This document shows, in pieces, positions 20,849 to 30,033 of a stretch of DNA of 64,000 nt. The notes under the pieces were generated by a model. That model worked only from the letters and a program-made list of their open reading frames with translations, had not been told where the DNA came from and made no database searches. The stretch covers positions 32,001-96,000 of the IMG/VR virus record IMGVR_UViG_3300037247_000655; one strand, 5' to 3'. Both the position numbers and the translations under genes were made by a program. Every line of letters begins with the position of its first letter. The stretch's first letter is position 1. Origin of the DNA: a virus.

Positions 20849-21625
20849 ATGGCAACTGACCCCAAAACATTAGCGTATCGCAAAGAACACAATTTGTGCC
20901 CAAGAGACGGCAGGGCAAATAAACCTGGACGCAAGATGTGTGATTATTGTCTGCAGAAATCTGCAGAAAAGACTGAGCGACACAGACAAAAGAAGAAGGC
21001 TGAGAGCCTTTGTTTATCTTGTGGCAAAATAGTGGATAATGTTAAGTTTTGTGATACATGTAAGAAGAATGTAGCTATTACGTTGCACAAATCGCACATT
21101 AAAAGATATGGTTTGCGAAAAGAAACAGGTCGATGCATTCATTGTTGTGCGGATACTGCTCCTGGCAAGGCTGCTTGTCAACCATGTTTGGATAAGAGGG
21201 GATCTCTTCAAAACGCTAAGCACGACAAAAATAGACTGAATGGTAGATGCTCGCAATGTGGCGGTGATCGTGGTGACTCAAAGGGTAAAAGGTGTCAAAT
21301 ATGTATCGAAAAACGCAATAACTGGTATCAAGGATCACCTACTCAGGCCAAAGATAAAGTTAGGAGAGATGAAAACCGTGAAGCTGTTATCAAACATTAT
21401 GGTGGTAGGTGTGTTTGTTGTAACGAAGATGAGCCGTGCTTTTTGGCTATAGACCACATAGACGGTGACGGCAATACTCATCGTAAACAGATAAAAAAGT
21501 ATGGGTCCGGATTTTTCAAATGGTTGGTTGACAATGATTTCCCGACAGGATTTCAGGTCCTGTGCCACAATTGCAACGTGGGCAAACATCTTAACGGTGG
21601 TATATGTCCACACCAAGTCCCATAA
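20849..21625 (+). CDS. HNH endonuclease with tandem CxxC zinc repeats
   Basis: YGG.C.CC..L.IDHI.GDG..QVLCHNCN motif. Confidence 0.8.
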   Translation: MATDPKTLAYRKEHNLCPRDGRANKPGRKMCDYCLQKSAEKTERHRQKKKAESLCLSCGKIVDNVKFCDTCKKNVAITLHKSHIKRYGLRKETGRCIHCCADTAPGKAACQPCLDKRGSLQNAKHDKNRLNGRCSQCGGDRGDSKGKRCQICIEKRNNWYQGSPTQAKDKVRRDENREAVIKHYGGRCVCCNEDEPCFLAIDHIDGDGNTHRKQIKKYGSGFFKWLVDNDFPTGFQVLCHNCNVGKHLNGGICPHQVP

Positions 21626-21644
21626 CCACAATTTTATTTTTAAT

Positions 21645-21672
21645 GGAACAGCCCCTTTGTCCAACGTATAAT
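21645..21672 (+). promoter_or_regulatory. putative early/middle promoter
   Basis: GGAAC-N15-CGTATAAT. Confidence 0.6.
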
Positions 21673-21690
21673 GTGTATGGAGGAATTTAG

Positions 21691-22128
21691 ATGTATTTTC
21701 ACGTAACCGTTGCTGTAATGCCAGGTGTTCCAGATCCTATACACATAACTCTTGACATTGGCGATAAGACGGCTTTGATGGATCTCTCAAAGACAGATGC
21801 GCGTGAACTTATGCATTTCTTGGCTGAACCATGCGGCATTACACAAAATGGCAACACAATACTTTGGTTCAAGGCTGGTTATGGTCGGGAGTGTAGGTTT
21901 CTATGGAGTGGCTGTATGTTCGTTCTCATGAAGGTGTGCACACCCCCTGGTATCGACCAAAAATATGTAGTAGATCTTGTTCTAGAAAGAGACGCAGCTA
22001 CATGTTTATCAAAGGGAATATCCAATGCACTTAATGCTGACACCAAAACTGATTTGATCAATCCTACGGATTTACTAGCCGGTGCGGATAAGAGGCTGGA
22101 CGACAACTTGCGTTCAGTTTTTACATAG
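21691..22128 (+). CDS. hypothetical protein
   Basis: GGAGG RBS after promoter. Confidence 0.65.
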   Translation: MYFHVTVAVMPGVPDPIHITLDIGDKTALMDLSKTDARELMHFLAEPCGITQNGNTILWFKAGYGRECRFLWSGCMFVLMKVCTPPGIDQKYVVDLVLERDAATCLSKGISNALNADTKTDLINPTDLLAGADKRLDDNLRSVFT

Positions 22129-22334
22129 GACGAGAAAAATGGTTGAACAACATGCTTGTCCTACGTGCGAGAAAGATGGGTTTGTACGATGTGAGTGGGC
22201 TAAGACCTATGACGTACAGAGTGGCTATATAAGGTGCAATAACAAAGCAGAGTATTACATGAAAACAACGATGAAGGATTTTGGGATACAAACAACTACT
22301 TATTTGTGTACTACCCATTACAAGATGACAAAGG

Positions 22335-22715
22335 ATGATACAAATAGATGAAGGAATTAGAAAAGTGATCTATTTCGTAGTTGCTCAAAAAGAACAAGAT
22401 GGAGAATGGAAGTTGTTCGGTCCAGATGAACGTATAGAAAAGGCTGATGAGAAGATCGCCGAATTAGAGAATGACCCCGCGTATTCTCAAGTTGAGCTGG
22501 CTAGGGTGTTGACAGACGAAGATGGGCCAGATTGGCTGCGTGATCCTCCGTCAGTACCATGGAATGTAATATATCCTGATCATTGGCCTTCACACTATAA
22601 CGGTAATTCAGAACCATGTGGCATGATAGAGGGGCCATGTGGTTGTGGGGCCTGGCATTCCATGGATGAAAATTGGGTTAAAGAAATGATTGACCAGTAT
22701 GGTTTGCCTGAGTAA
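22335..22715 (+). CDS. hypothetical protein, C-terminal Cys/His motif
   Basis: C....GPC.CGAWH motif. Confidence 0.6.
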   Translation: MIQIDEGIRKVIYFVVAQKEQDGEWKLFGPDERIEKADEKIAELENDPAYSQVELARVLTDEDGPDWLRDPPSVPWNVIYPDHWPSHYNGNSEPCGMIEGPCGCGAWHSMDENWVKEMIDQYGLPE

Positions 22716-22721
22716 ATTACG

Positions 22722-23363
22722 ATGCCAAAATTAGTCGATTTAATTGGGCAAAGATTTGGAAGATTGCTGGTAATAGAACCTCATTATAGTAGCAAATACA
22801 AAAGAGTTCTATGGCTATGTCAGTGTGAATGTGGGAAAGAAAAAATTGTTTTGGGTTATAATCTCAAAAGTGGCAATACACAAAGTTGCGGGTGTTTAGG
22901 TAAAGAAGGAAATCATGCAATACACGGTCACCATAGAAGAGGGAAAGCAACCAGAGAGTACAAATCATGGGCTTCCATGAAAGAACGATGCACTAATCCC
23001 AACCACAAATATTGGAAGAATTATGGTGGTCGTGGAATTACGGTTTGTAAGAAATGGATGGAATTCTCTAATTTCCTTATGGATATGGGAGAAAGACCTT
23101 CAGGATGTACGCTCGAACGGATAAAAAACGAAAAGGGATATTTTAAAAAGAATTGCTATTGGGCAACACGAAATCAACAACAGAGAAACACACGAAGGAA
23201 TCTCTATGTTTCATACGCAGGGGAACGATGGCTTTTTATAGAATTGTGTGAAAAATTTAATATGCCTCGTCAACTTGTGTATGGTAGATATTATGGGCTC
23301 TATTGGACTCTGGAAGAAGCCCTAATAACCACCGTTGGGGAAAAGAGAAAAAGAAATGATTGA
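22722..23363 (+). CDS. HNH-type homing endonuclease
   Basis: DLIGQRFGRL, C.CG, SCGC, YGGRGITVC, LERI.N..GY...NC.WAT. Confidence 0.8.
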   Translation: MPKLVDLIGQRFGRLLVIEPHYSSKYKRVLWLCQCECGKEKIVLGYNLKSGNTQSCGCLGKEGNHAIHGHHRRGKATREYKSWASMKERCTNPNHKYWKNYGGRGITVCKKWMEFSNFLMDMGERPSGCTLERIKNEKGYFKKNCYWATRNQQQRNTRRNLYVSYAGERWLFIELCEKFNMPRQLVYGRYYGLYWTLEEALITTVGEKRKRND

Positions 23364-25248
23364 TATCAAACGATTGGAAAAAGCGTCAGAAGCCTATTAT
23401 TCTGGTAATCCACTAATGACCGATGCAGAATTCGATATGGCCATTGCCGAATTACAGGAAAGTGATCCTGATAGTTATTTTCTTAAACGTATCGGAGCGC
23501 CCGTTCCTGGTGTGTCGAAAGCTAAGCATGCCATACAGATGGGGAGTCTGAATAACATACATGACGAAAAAGAATTTCGAACTTGGGTGCCTAGCGATGG
23601 ACCCTATATTTGTTTGTCTCATAAACTTGATGGTTCATCTTTGGAATTAGTTTACAAGGATGGTCACTTTATACAGGCAATAACACGTGGGGATGGTGAA
23701 GTCGGGGAAGACGTTACCAGAAATGTCCTAGCCTCGAAGAATGTCCCATTGTCTATCAATCCACTGATTGTATCTGTTCGATGCGAATGTTTGATACTTA
23801 AGGACGATTGGGAAAACCATTTCGAGGGAGACGCTAATCCTCGCAATTCTGCTGCAGGTACACTCCGTCGCCACGATGGTCGCAATGCTGAATATCTTAG
23901 GTTCTATGCTTTTGATGCAATAATAGATGAGGCAAAAAAAACCCCAGGGAATTCGCTCTTTACTGTGTCTGATATGGATACATTAGATATGCTGTCTCTA
24001 TGGTTCCTAACTCCATCTCGTAAATGGTCCAATGATCCATCGACTATGATAAGTTGGTATAAAAAAGAAGAAGAACGTAGAGACTGTCTATCGTATGAGA
24101 TTGATGGTATAGTGGCTAAAATTGATGATCGCCAGGCGTCTTTTAAAATGGGCATCGTAAATGGTCACCCTAAAGGACAAGTAGCTATAAAATTCAAACC
24201 CCGTGGTGGTGAGACCGTATTGAGAAGTGTAACGTGGCAAGTTGGTCATACGGGGGTTTTGTCTCCGGTAGGTATAGTTGATCCAGTTGGTGTTGGAGGG
24301 ACTACCATACGACGTGTTACATTATGCAATATGGATGAGATAGATCGTCTTGGTATAGCTATTGGGGATACTATAGAGATCATCAGAGCTTGTGATGTTA
24401 TCCCAAAGTTATCTAAAATGATAAAAAAAGGTTCTAATAGAAAACTTATTCATCCTCCCCTTTCTTGTCCTGCATGCTGCCTGGCAACAACAAGAGATGG
24501 TGCGCATATTCGATGTAGAAATCATGAATGTACCCTCAAATCTTATCATCGCGTAATGAATTGGGTTAAAAAACGCAACATCCTCAACGTAGGAATAAAA
24601 CTGATAATAGCAGCAAAAATAAAAACCATTTCTCAATTGTATAAAACTAGTATGGATGAATGGGAAGATGTAAGAATTAGTAATCGTATATTTGGTGAGA
24701 AGAGGGCAAAGAAGGTAATTGATGCTCTAGAAAAATCCAAAATTGTTTCATTGCCAGATTTCTTGGGGTCTCTTGGAATCAAGGGGGTCGGTAGATCTTT
24801 GGCGTCTGGTTTGTGCGAGCATTTTAGTGGTCTTCCAGATAGTCAATTAACACTTAAAGATATTTTTTGGCTTAAAGAGCAGGATGTTGCAGGACACGAG
24901 AAGTTTGGTAAGATCAGAGCATCTGATTTCTGTGATTGGTTACAACAACATAAGGTTGAGATTGAGGTATTAGCTGATATGATGGATATACAGTATGAAA
25001 CGAATGACGAGAAGGGTATTTTTGATGGAGAGGTAATTTGTTTTACTGGTAAGTCGCCAAAACCTCGCCCAGAAATGATCCGTTTAGCGGAAGCTGCTGG
25101 TGCATTAGTGTCTAACTCTGTTAATAGCAATACCACCATATTAGTAGTGGCTGATACGAACAAGAAGTCGTCTAAGTCTATTAGGGCGGGTCAATTTGGA
25201 ATCAGAATTATGTCAACCCAGGATTTCATGATTCAGGTAGATGGTTGA
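23356..25248 (+). CDS. ligA: NAD-dependent DNA ligase
   Basis: YY....D.EFD, KLDG, TRGDG, NPRNSAAG, IDGIV, zinc finger, HhH and BRCT domains. Confidence 0.92.
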   Translation: MIDIKRLEKASEAYYSGNPLMTDAEFDMAIAELQESDPDSYFLKRIGAPVPGVSKAKHAIQMGSLNNIHDEKEFRTWVPSDGPYICLSHKLDGSSLELVYKDGHFIQAITRGDGEVGEDVTRNVLASKNVPLSINPLIVSVRCECLILKDDWENHFEGDANPRNSAAGTLRRHDGRNAEYLRFYAFDAIIDEAKKTPGNSLFTVSDMDTLDMLSLWFLTPSRKWSNDPSTMISWYKKEEERRDCLSYEIDGIVAKIDDRQASFKMGIVNGHPKGQVAIKFKPRGGETVLRSVTWQVGHTGVLSPVGIVDPVGVGGTTIRRVTLCNMDEIDRLGIAIGDTIEIIRACDVIPKLSKMIKKGSNRKLIHPPLSCPACCLATTRDGAHIRCRNHECTLKSYHRVMNWVKKRNILNVGIKLIIAAKIKTISQLYKTSMDEWEDVRISNRIFGEKRAKKVIDALEKSKIVSLPDFLGSLGIKGVGRSLASGLCEHFSGLPDSQLTLKDIFWLKEQDVAGHEKFGKIRASDFCDWLQQHKVEIEVLADMMDIQYETNDEKGIFDGEVICFTGKSPKPRPEMIRLAEAAGALVSNSVNSNTTILVVADTNKKSSKSIRAGQFGIRIMSTQDFMIQVDG

Positions 25249-25432
25249 CGAACAAAGAATTGTTGATTTTGTACACCCTGACTTTTTGTGTCTTGCCACC
25301 CCCAGGCCAAAGGCCAGAATTAATATGGTTCAATTATCATATTTAGGTGTATAAGATAGATGGACGGAAGCCATGAGCAGGCGTCAAACAAGAGTTACGC
25401 CATCCTTGCGCGTCGTTCGCTACCTTAGTACT

Positions 25433-25461
25433 CGGGACCTGAAACACGGTCCCGCTTTTTT
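25433..25461 (+). terminator. intrinsic terminator
   Basis: CGGGACC-TGAAACAC-GGTCCCG + T6. Confidence 0.7.
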
Positions 25462-25470
25462 ATTTCTTGT

Positions 25471-25499
25471 GGAACACGGGGTGCGGTTGAACGTATAAT
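25471..25499 (+). promoter_or_regulatory. putative early/middle promoter
   Basis: GGAAC-N16-CGTATAAT. Confidence 0.65.
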
Positions 25500-25558
25500 A
25501 GATAACGACATAGTGTCGTTCTCGGGGGTGAGCCCGGCGATCTGTGGGAGAAAAGCCA

Positions 25559-25714
25559 ATGGCAGATAAGATTGAGATGATTTCTATTCCTCAAAAGGAA
25601 TATGATCAGCTAGTAAGTGATCAAAGATGGTTGGCAGCTCTGGAGGCTGCTGGGATTGACAACTGGGATGGGTGCGACATAGCGCGTGAAGCCATGTCCG
25701 AGTATGGTAATTGA
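25559..25714 (+). CDS. small phage protein (51 aa) with LEAAGIDNWDG motif
   Basis: Not in ORF track; GGGAG RBS; MADKIEMISIPQKEYDQLVSDQRWLAALEAAGIDNWDGCDIAREAMSEYGN. Confidence 0.75.
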   Translation: MADKIEMISIPQKEYDQLVSDQRWLAALEAAGIDNWDGCDIAREAMSEYGN

Positions 25715-25840
25715 AGTAGGAGAAAAAATATGTGGTATAATAAGCCGAAGCCAAAGCTACGGGGTGTAGCACTAATAGATTCTGTGGCCAATCGTTTCAA
25801 TGATATGGTCGATGAACTGGAAGTTGGTATGTAGATATAA

Positions 25841-26192
25841 GGGGCTGAAAGGTTTCGACAGGGTAAGTGAAGATTATGTGGCGTGCCGAGGTTGTCAGTG
25901 GGCCTCGTTAAACAACTGATAAAAAAGTCTTAAACGGCGAATCCAAGTTCAAATTGGCTGCGTAGCAGCCCGTCAACCAGAAGACGCCTACTATTCTGCA
26001 AGACGACGACCAGTTGGCTAGTGTTTGTTTGATACCTAACCGAATTAACGCGAAACAATAGTTGGGCATGGAAAAACAAAAGCCTGTCGATTGGCGTTTG
26101 TGGCTTCGAGATTTAAACAATCGAATATGCACGTAGAAGGCATGATTTAATCTATTCCTGGACCCGACTTTCGAAAGTCGGCAGCTCCACCA
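25841..26192 (+). ncRNA. ssrA: tmRNA, tag (A)GESKFKLAA
   Basis: GGGGCTG...CAGCTCC-A-CCA acceptor with G3:U70; TTCGAC 5' motif; tag ORF 25936-25965 ending LAA-stop; 352 nt. Confidence 0.93.
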
Positions 26193-26271
26193 GGGCAGTT
26201 AGTTCAATAGGTAGAACGCAACCCAGCAGGACCAAGGGTTGAGGTTGTAGGTTCGAATCCTTCACTGCCCA
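26193..26271 (+). ncRNA. tRNA-like RNA with expanded anticodon loop and no definable anticodon
   Basis: Intact acceptor (GGGCAGT/ACTGCCC), D and T arms; CAACC-(13 nt)-GGTTG anticodon arm. Confidence 0.75.
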
Positions 26272-26288
26272 TTGTTTGGAGGTATATT

Positions 26289-26573
26289 GTGTTCAATCTC
26301 ATTGGTTTCCGGACAGATTATGAATATGGTTATGGTGGATATACTGGTGTAACTAATTCTGTCGAAAAAATAGTAGCTACTTTTGACTCAGAAAATGATG
26401 CGAGAGTATATATTAAAAAATCCAAACTGAAAAATGCCACCACATGGACCGAAAGACCATTCAGAAAAAATAGTCTTTTGTGTTATTTTCAGGACGCAGA
26501 GGTTAAAGAGGTGGTCAAAGATGATTCGCCTCCACACAACCCCACGCTTAGAGAGGGAAAGAGGAAGATATGA
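26289..26573 (+). CDS. hypothetical protein
   Basis: GGAGG RBS, GTG start. Confidence 0.6.
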   Translation: MFNLIGFRTDYEYGYGGYTGVTNSVEKIVATFDSENDARVYIKKSKLKNATTWTERPFRKNSLLCYFQDAEVKEVVKDDSPPHNPTLREGKRKI

Positions 26574-26926
26574 ACTTAGAACAAGCAAAAGCAAAGTTGG
26601 ACACTATTAGCAAGTCTACAGCGATTCAACACCCTAAGGTCCTGGTTAGTGAACTATGCGTAGTGGTAAAGTTTTTGTTGGACGAAATAGAGAGGGTGAA
26701 GTCGCCTAATATGGTATCACTTTTGAAACAACCTCTTGATCCAAATCAACCAATACATACGCCACCGCCAAGTACTAATAAGCCGGATATTCCATTTATT
26801 CCCCACAAACATCCATGGCCAGATACGCCCAAAAGGACGGTTTGCCCCGATACACCGCCCACACGTCGCGAAGATCCAAGTGTGCCGCCCATACGTAGAA
26901 AGGGAAACGCAGGGGACGCTACGTAA
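26570..26926 (+). CDS. hypothetical protein, Pro-rich C-terminus
   Basis: ATGA overlap with upstream gene. Confidence 0.55.
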   Translation: MNLEQAKAKLDTISKSTAIQHPKVLVSELCVVVKFLLDEIERVKSPNMVSLLKQPLDPNQPIHTPPPSTNKPDIPFIPHKHPWPDTPKRTVCPDTPPTRREDPSVPPIRRKGNAGDAT

Positions 26927-26950
26927 ATTAGTGAGACAGGAGGAAGCATT

Positions 26951-27916
26951 ATGATGGAAGTTTCTGAACATACATGTGATGTCGTTGAAATTAAGCTACG
27001 AATCCACTCAAACGCAGATGCGTTGAGCCTGGTTCATGTGGGTGATTTTCAGTGTGCCGTAAGAACTGCTGATTGGAAAGATGGCGATCTTGCTATCTAT
27101 ATTCCACCAGACAGTATTGTGCCAGACACAAAAGAGTTTGAATTCTTGGGCGAACACAAAAGGATTAAAGCTAGGAAATTGCGTGGTGAGTGGTCTGTCG
27201 GATTGTTAATACCTGCACCGTCCGATGCCAAGATTGGTGACGATTACATGGAAAAGTTGGGGATCACGCATTATGAACCACAAATCCATGGACATTTTAG
27301 TACAGGTGGAGACAATGTTACACCCCCAGAGGGATTTTTCCCTAAATATGACGTATTGAACTTCCGTAGATATTCCGAGTTTTTCGAGGAGGGTGAAGAA
27401 GTAATTGTTACCGAAAAATTACACGGAGCTAATGCTCGCTTTGTTTGTATAGACGATCTTATATATTGTGGATCTCGTAACCATTGGAAAAAAGAAGATC
27501 CCAACAATCTATGGTGGAAAGCACTGAAGAACTGCCAAGTGTTAGATGCGTGGCTTAGGCATCATCAGAATCTAATAGTATACGGAGAGGTGTTCGGTCA
27601 AGTCCAGAACTTGAAATATGGAGCTTTGCCTGGAGAGGTTAAGTTTGCAGCTTTCGATATTCTCAGGGGTGATAAGTGGCTAGATTTTGATGAAGCTCAT
27701 GAGGTTGGTGCTCCATTGCCATGGGTTCCACTTGTCTATCGTGGTTCGTTTGACAAAGAGCAAATTCTGACATTAGCCGAAGGAGACTCTAGTTACCCAG
27801 GTGCGCAGCATCATCGCGAAGGTGTCGTAGTTAAACCAATACACGAACGTACGGAAAGAAAAATAGGAAGGCTGCAACTTAAAATAGTTGGAAATAGGTA
27901 TTTGTCAAAATCATGA
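26951..27916 (+). CDS. RNA ligase, Rnl2-like/DRB0094 type
   Basis: N-terminal H.NAD.L OB-like module; TEKLHG, GEVFG, FDI, EGVV, LK nucleotidyltransferase motifs. Confidence 0.85.
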   Translation: MMEVSEHTCDVVEIKLRIHSNADALSLVHVGDFQCAVRTADWKDGDLAIYIPPDSIVPDTKEFEFLGEHKRIKARKLRGEWSVGLLIPAPSDAKIGDDYMEKLGITHYEPQIHGHFSTGGDNVTPPEGFFPKYDVLNFRRYSEFFEEGEEVIVTEKLHGANARFVCIDDLIYCGSRNHWKKEDPNNLWWKALKNCQVLDAWLRHHQNLIVYGEVFGQVQNLKYGALPGEVKFAAFDILRGDKWLDFDEAHEVGAPLPWVPLVYRGSFDKEQILTLAEGDSSYPGAQHHREGVVVKPIHERTERKIGRLQLKIVGNRYLSKS

Positions 27917-27940
27917 TATCAATAGAAAGGTAGGTACATA

Positions 27941-28219
27941 ATGCCATATATTCCAAGGGAGGACAGGGCCGTTTATGATGATGACATCAATAGTTTGGGT
28001 TCATCATTAGATTGCTTGTCCAATGACCAGTTAGCCGGTCATCTTAACTATATCTTTTTCCGTCTGGCAGGCAGCATGTGTACTGGAGATGATATGTCGT
28101 ATGCAAGAGCTGCCGTTGTTTCATCTGCTCTTAGTGAAGCACAAGCTGAATTCCGTCGTAGGGTTATGGCTCCTTATGAAAATGAAAAAATCAAAGAAAA
28201 TGGGGATATTGAATTTTGA
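27941..28219 (+). CDS. conserved phage protein (DUF6899-like)
   Basis: MPYI...R, G.LNY, EF.RR..APYE..K..ENGD. Confidence 0.6.
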   Translation: MPYIPREDRAVYDDDINSLGSSLDCLSNDQLAGHLNYIFFRLAGSMCTGDDMSYARAAVVSSALSEAQAEFRRRVMAPYENEKIKENGDIEF

Positions 28220-28223
28220 TATT

Positions 28224-28296
<73 letters not shown>

Positions 28297-28300
28297 TTTA

Positions 28301-28452
28301 GGCGACGGTTTTTGTGTTTATTTTGTTGGGGCAGCACACGACAGGTAGTCGGCTGAGGCGGGGTGTCCCTAAAACCGCCAAGTCCAGATATTATGGACCT
28401 ATGGACTAAAGTCACAGACAGGGGGCCGCTGGTCGAATCCAGCCCGTCGCTA
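28301..28452 (+). ncRNA. tRNA-like RNA with ~110-nt internal structured domain
   Basis: GGCGACGG/CCGTCGCT-A terminal stem stacked on GCTGG-TCGAAT-CCAGC T-like arm. Confidence 0.65.
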
Positions 28453-28480
28453 TTGTATTGGCAACTAAAAGGAGAAAGAT

Positions 28481-28786
28481 ATGTTAAGGTTAGTGTTTGG
28501 AAAGCAAAATATCGCCATTAAGTTTTATCATAAAAAATTAGAGGCTAAAGAGATACTGGATATGCATGGTGCGCGAGTAGATGGACCTCGTAGATGTACT
28601 ATGGCTAGAATAAGCTTTGATGGAGAAAAGGCAGATGATACATACGGACTATCTGTGTGTAATCCAGTGGATAATTTTAATAGATCTATTGGACGTGAAA
28701 AGTCGCTAGCAGATTGTCTGAGGAGATTCGACAAAAGGCTAAGGAGTAAAGTCTGGCAAGAATATGAAGTGCAATTTGGTTTTTAA
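28481..28786 (+). CDS. hypothetical protein with G.S.C.P.DNF....G motif
   Basis: AAGGAG RBS; motif common in small phage proteins. Confidence 0.65.
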   Translation: MLRLVFGKQNIAIKFYHKKLEAKEILDMHGARVDGPRRCTMARISFDGEKADDTYGLSVCNPVDNFNRSIGREKSLADCLRRFDKRLRSKVWQEYEVQFGF

Positions 28787-28809
28787 GATGGTTATGTGTT
28801 ATAATATGT

Positions 28810-28881
28810 GCCCGCTAAGCATAGATAGCGATGCGCGGGTTTTGTAAACCTGGGAGGTTAGTGCATGTCTAACAGTGGGCT
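28810..28881 (+). tRNA. tRNA-Thr(TGT)
   Basis: Cloverleaf; atypical T loop TGCATGT. Confidence 0.75.
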
Positions 28882-29262
28882 TTTTCTACACAATACTAGT
28901 TGGCAGTGTCCACAGGGCGTTAACAACGCCAATAAGAAAAGGAAAAATAATGTGACTAGAAAAAATACAAAGCCAACACAACAAAGACAAACCATTGTCG
29001 AATCACCCAATGAGAAGATATTATCTTTTATCAATAGTCCCAATGTTTGGACGCCACAGAGAGAGAACGTTTGGTTAGAAGAGTTGTTTAAAATATCAGC
29101 TGTGGAGATTTATAGAAGGTACCCTCCGATGAAAAAGCCACCTAACGTTCGGAGTAGAGGAAAAAGTTCTGGATGGTTCGATAAGTAGTGTTCGTCTTAG
29201 GTTTTCAGGAAAATAGGGGCTGTGCCCAATATCAAAACTGTAAAAACGTGGAGGTGTGTTGA

Positions 29263-29484
29263 GTGAAATCGTATTGCAATGTTATAGCTGCTTTTTTGAT
29301 TATAATTGGTCTATTGTTGTGTTCTGGATGCAGACTGTTGGAAACCGTAGCTAGCGATGTCGGTGGGTGGGATATGTCGGCTTGTGTGTCTAGTTTTGAC
29401 ACATGTTGGGAACTTTTCACAGACAACACAGACAAGTTCGAAGGAGGATTCGTTGATGCTATCGGTAGTATATCGCCAGAATAG
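29263..29484 (+). CDS. putative small lipoprotein
   Basis: Hydrophobic signal followed by LLLCSGC lipobox-like motif; GGAGG upstream. Confidence 0.5.
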   Translation: MKSYCNVIAAFLIIIGLLLCSGCRLLETVASDVGGWDMSACVSSFDTCWELFTDNTDKFEGGFVDAIGSISPE

Positions 29485-29571
29485 CCTCAGAACCTCCTGT
29501 GGTGCCCTCTACTGCACTTTGTCGTCTTGCATAGGGCTGAAGACCCGTAATGTCTCAGAAAGGATTGTCGT

Positions 29572-29946
29572 ATGATACAACACTTTAGAATCTGTAATTT
29601 GGACAAGAAAGAGTTCATAGACCCCGCTACGTTCAACGAGCATGCTTCGGGAAGTCGTATTTCTGATTGTGGTACTGATTGGCATAATACTTTGAATTTT
29701 TTAACGACTCTATTGCACGATTGGAGACCAAAGGACCAAAAAGCGATTGCTGGTCATTGGGCTGGGGATAGGGTGGTAGTTGCCAATAGCTGGGGATCTC
29801 CAGAATCTGATGCTCCTATCAATCCAGATGTGAATGACGAACACGCTACTGAACCAGAACATTATAACGCTTATGGATGGTCTAAGCTTCCTGGGTGGAC
29901 TGAACTAACCGCTTCTGTATTGTTCGGTGGATTATGTCCGGAGTAG
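29572..29946 (+). CDS. conserved phage hypothetical protein
   Basis: NLDKKEFI.P and G.WAGDR motifs. Confidence 0.65.
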   Translation: MIQHFRICNLDKKEFIDPATFNEHASGSRISDCGTDWHNTLNFLTTLLHDWRPKDQKAIAGHWAGDRVVVANSWGSPESDAPINPDVNDEHATEPEHYNAYGWSKLPGWTELTASVLFGGLCPE

Positions 29947-30033
29947 GTTTACTAAAAACAAAGGCTTGTCCACTGAGCCCGTCTGATAAATCAGTGGTTT
30001 TTTAGCTCGCCCACCATGTGTGGAAGGAGTAAC

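Noticed and set aside
28301-28452. Intron-containing tRNA
   Set aside because: I could not reconstitute a D arm plus anticodon stem by removing an internal segment
28865-29188. ORF start as given in the track
   Set aside because: The start overlaps tRNA-Thr; a real gene probably begins at the later GTG near 28952, and function cannot be supported
29484-29560. Hammerhead (CTGAAGA...GAAA) or HDV-like (ACCTCCTGTGGT) ribozyme
   Set aside because: No stem II between the hammerhead core motifs; no P1/P1.1 GG for an HDV fold
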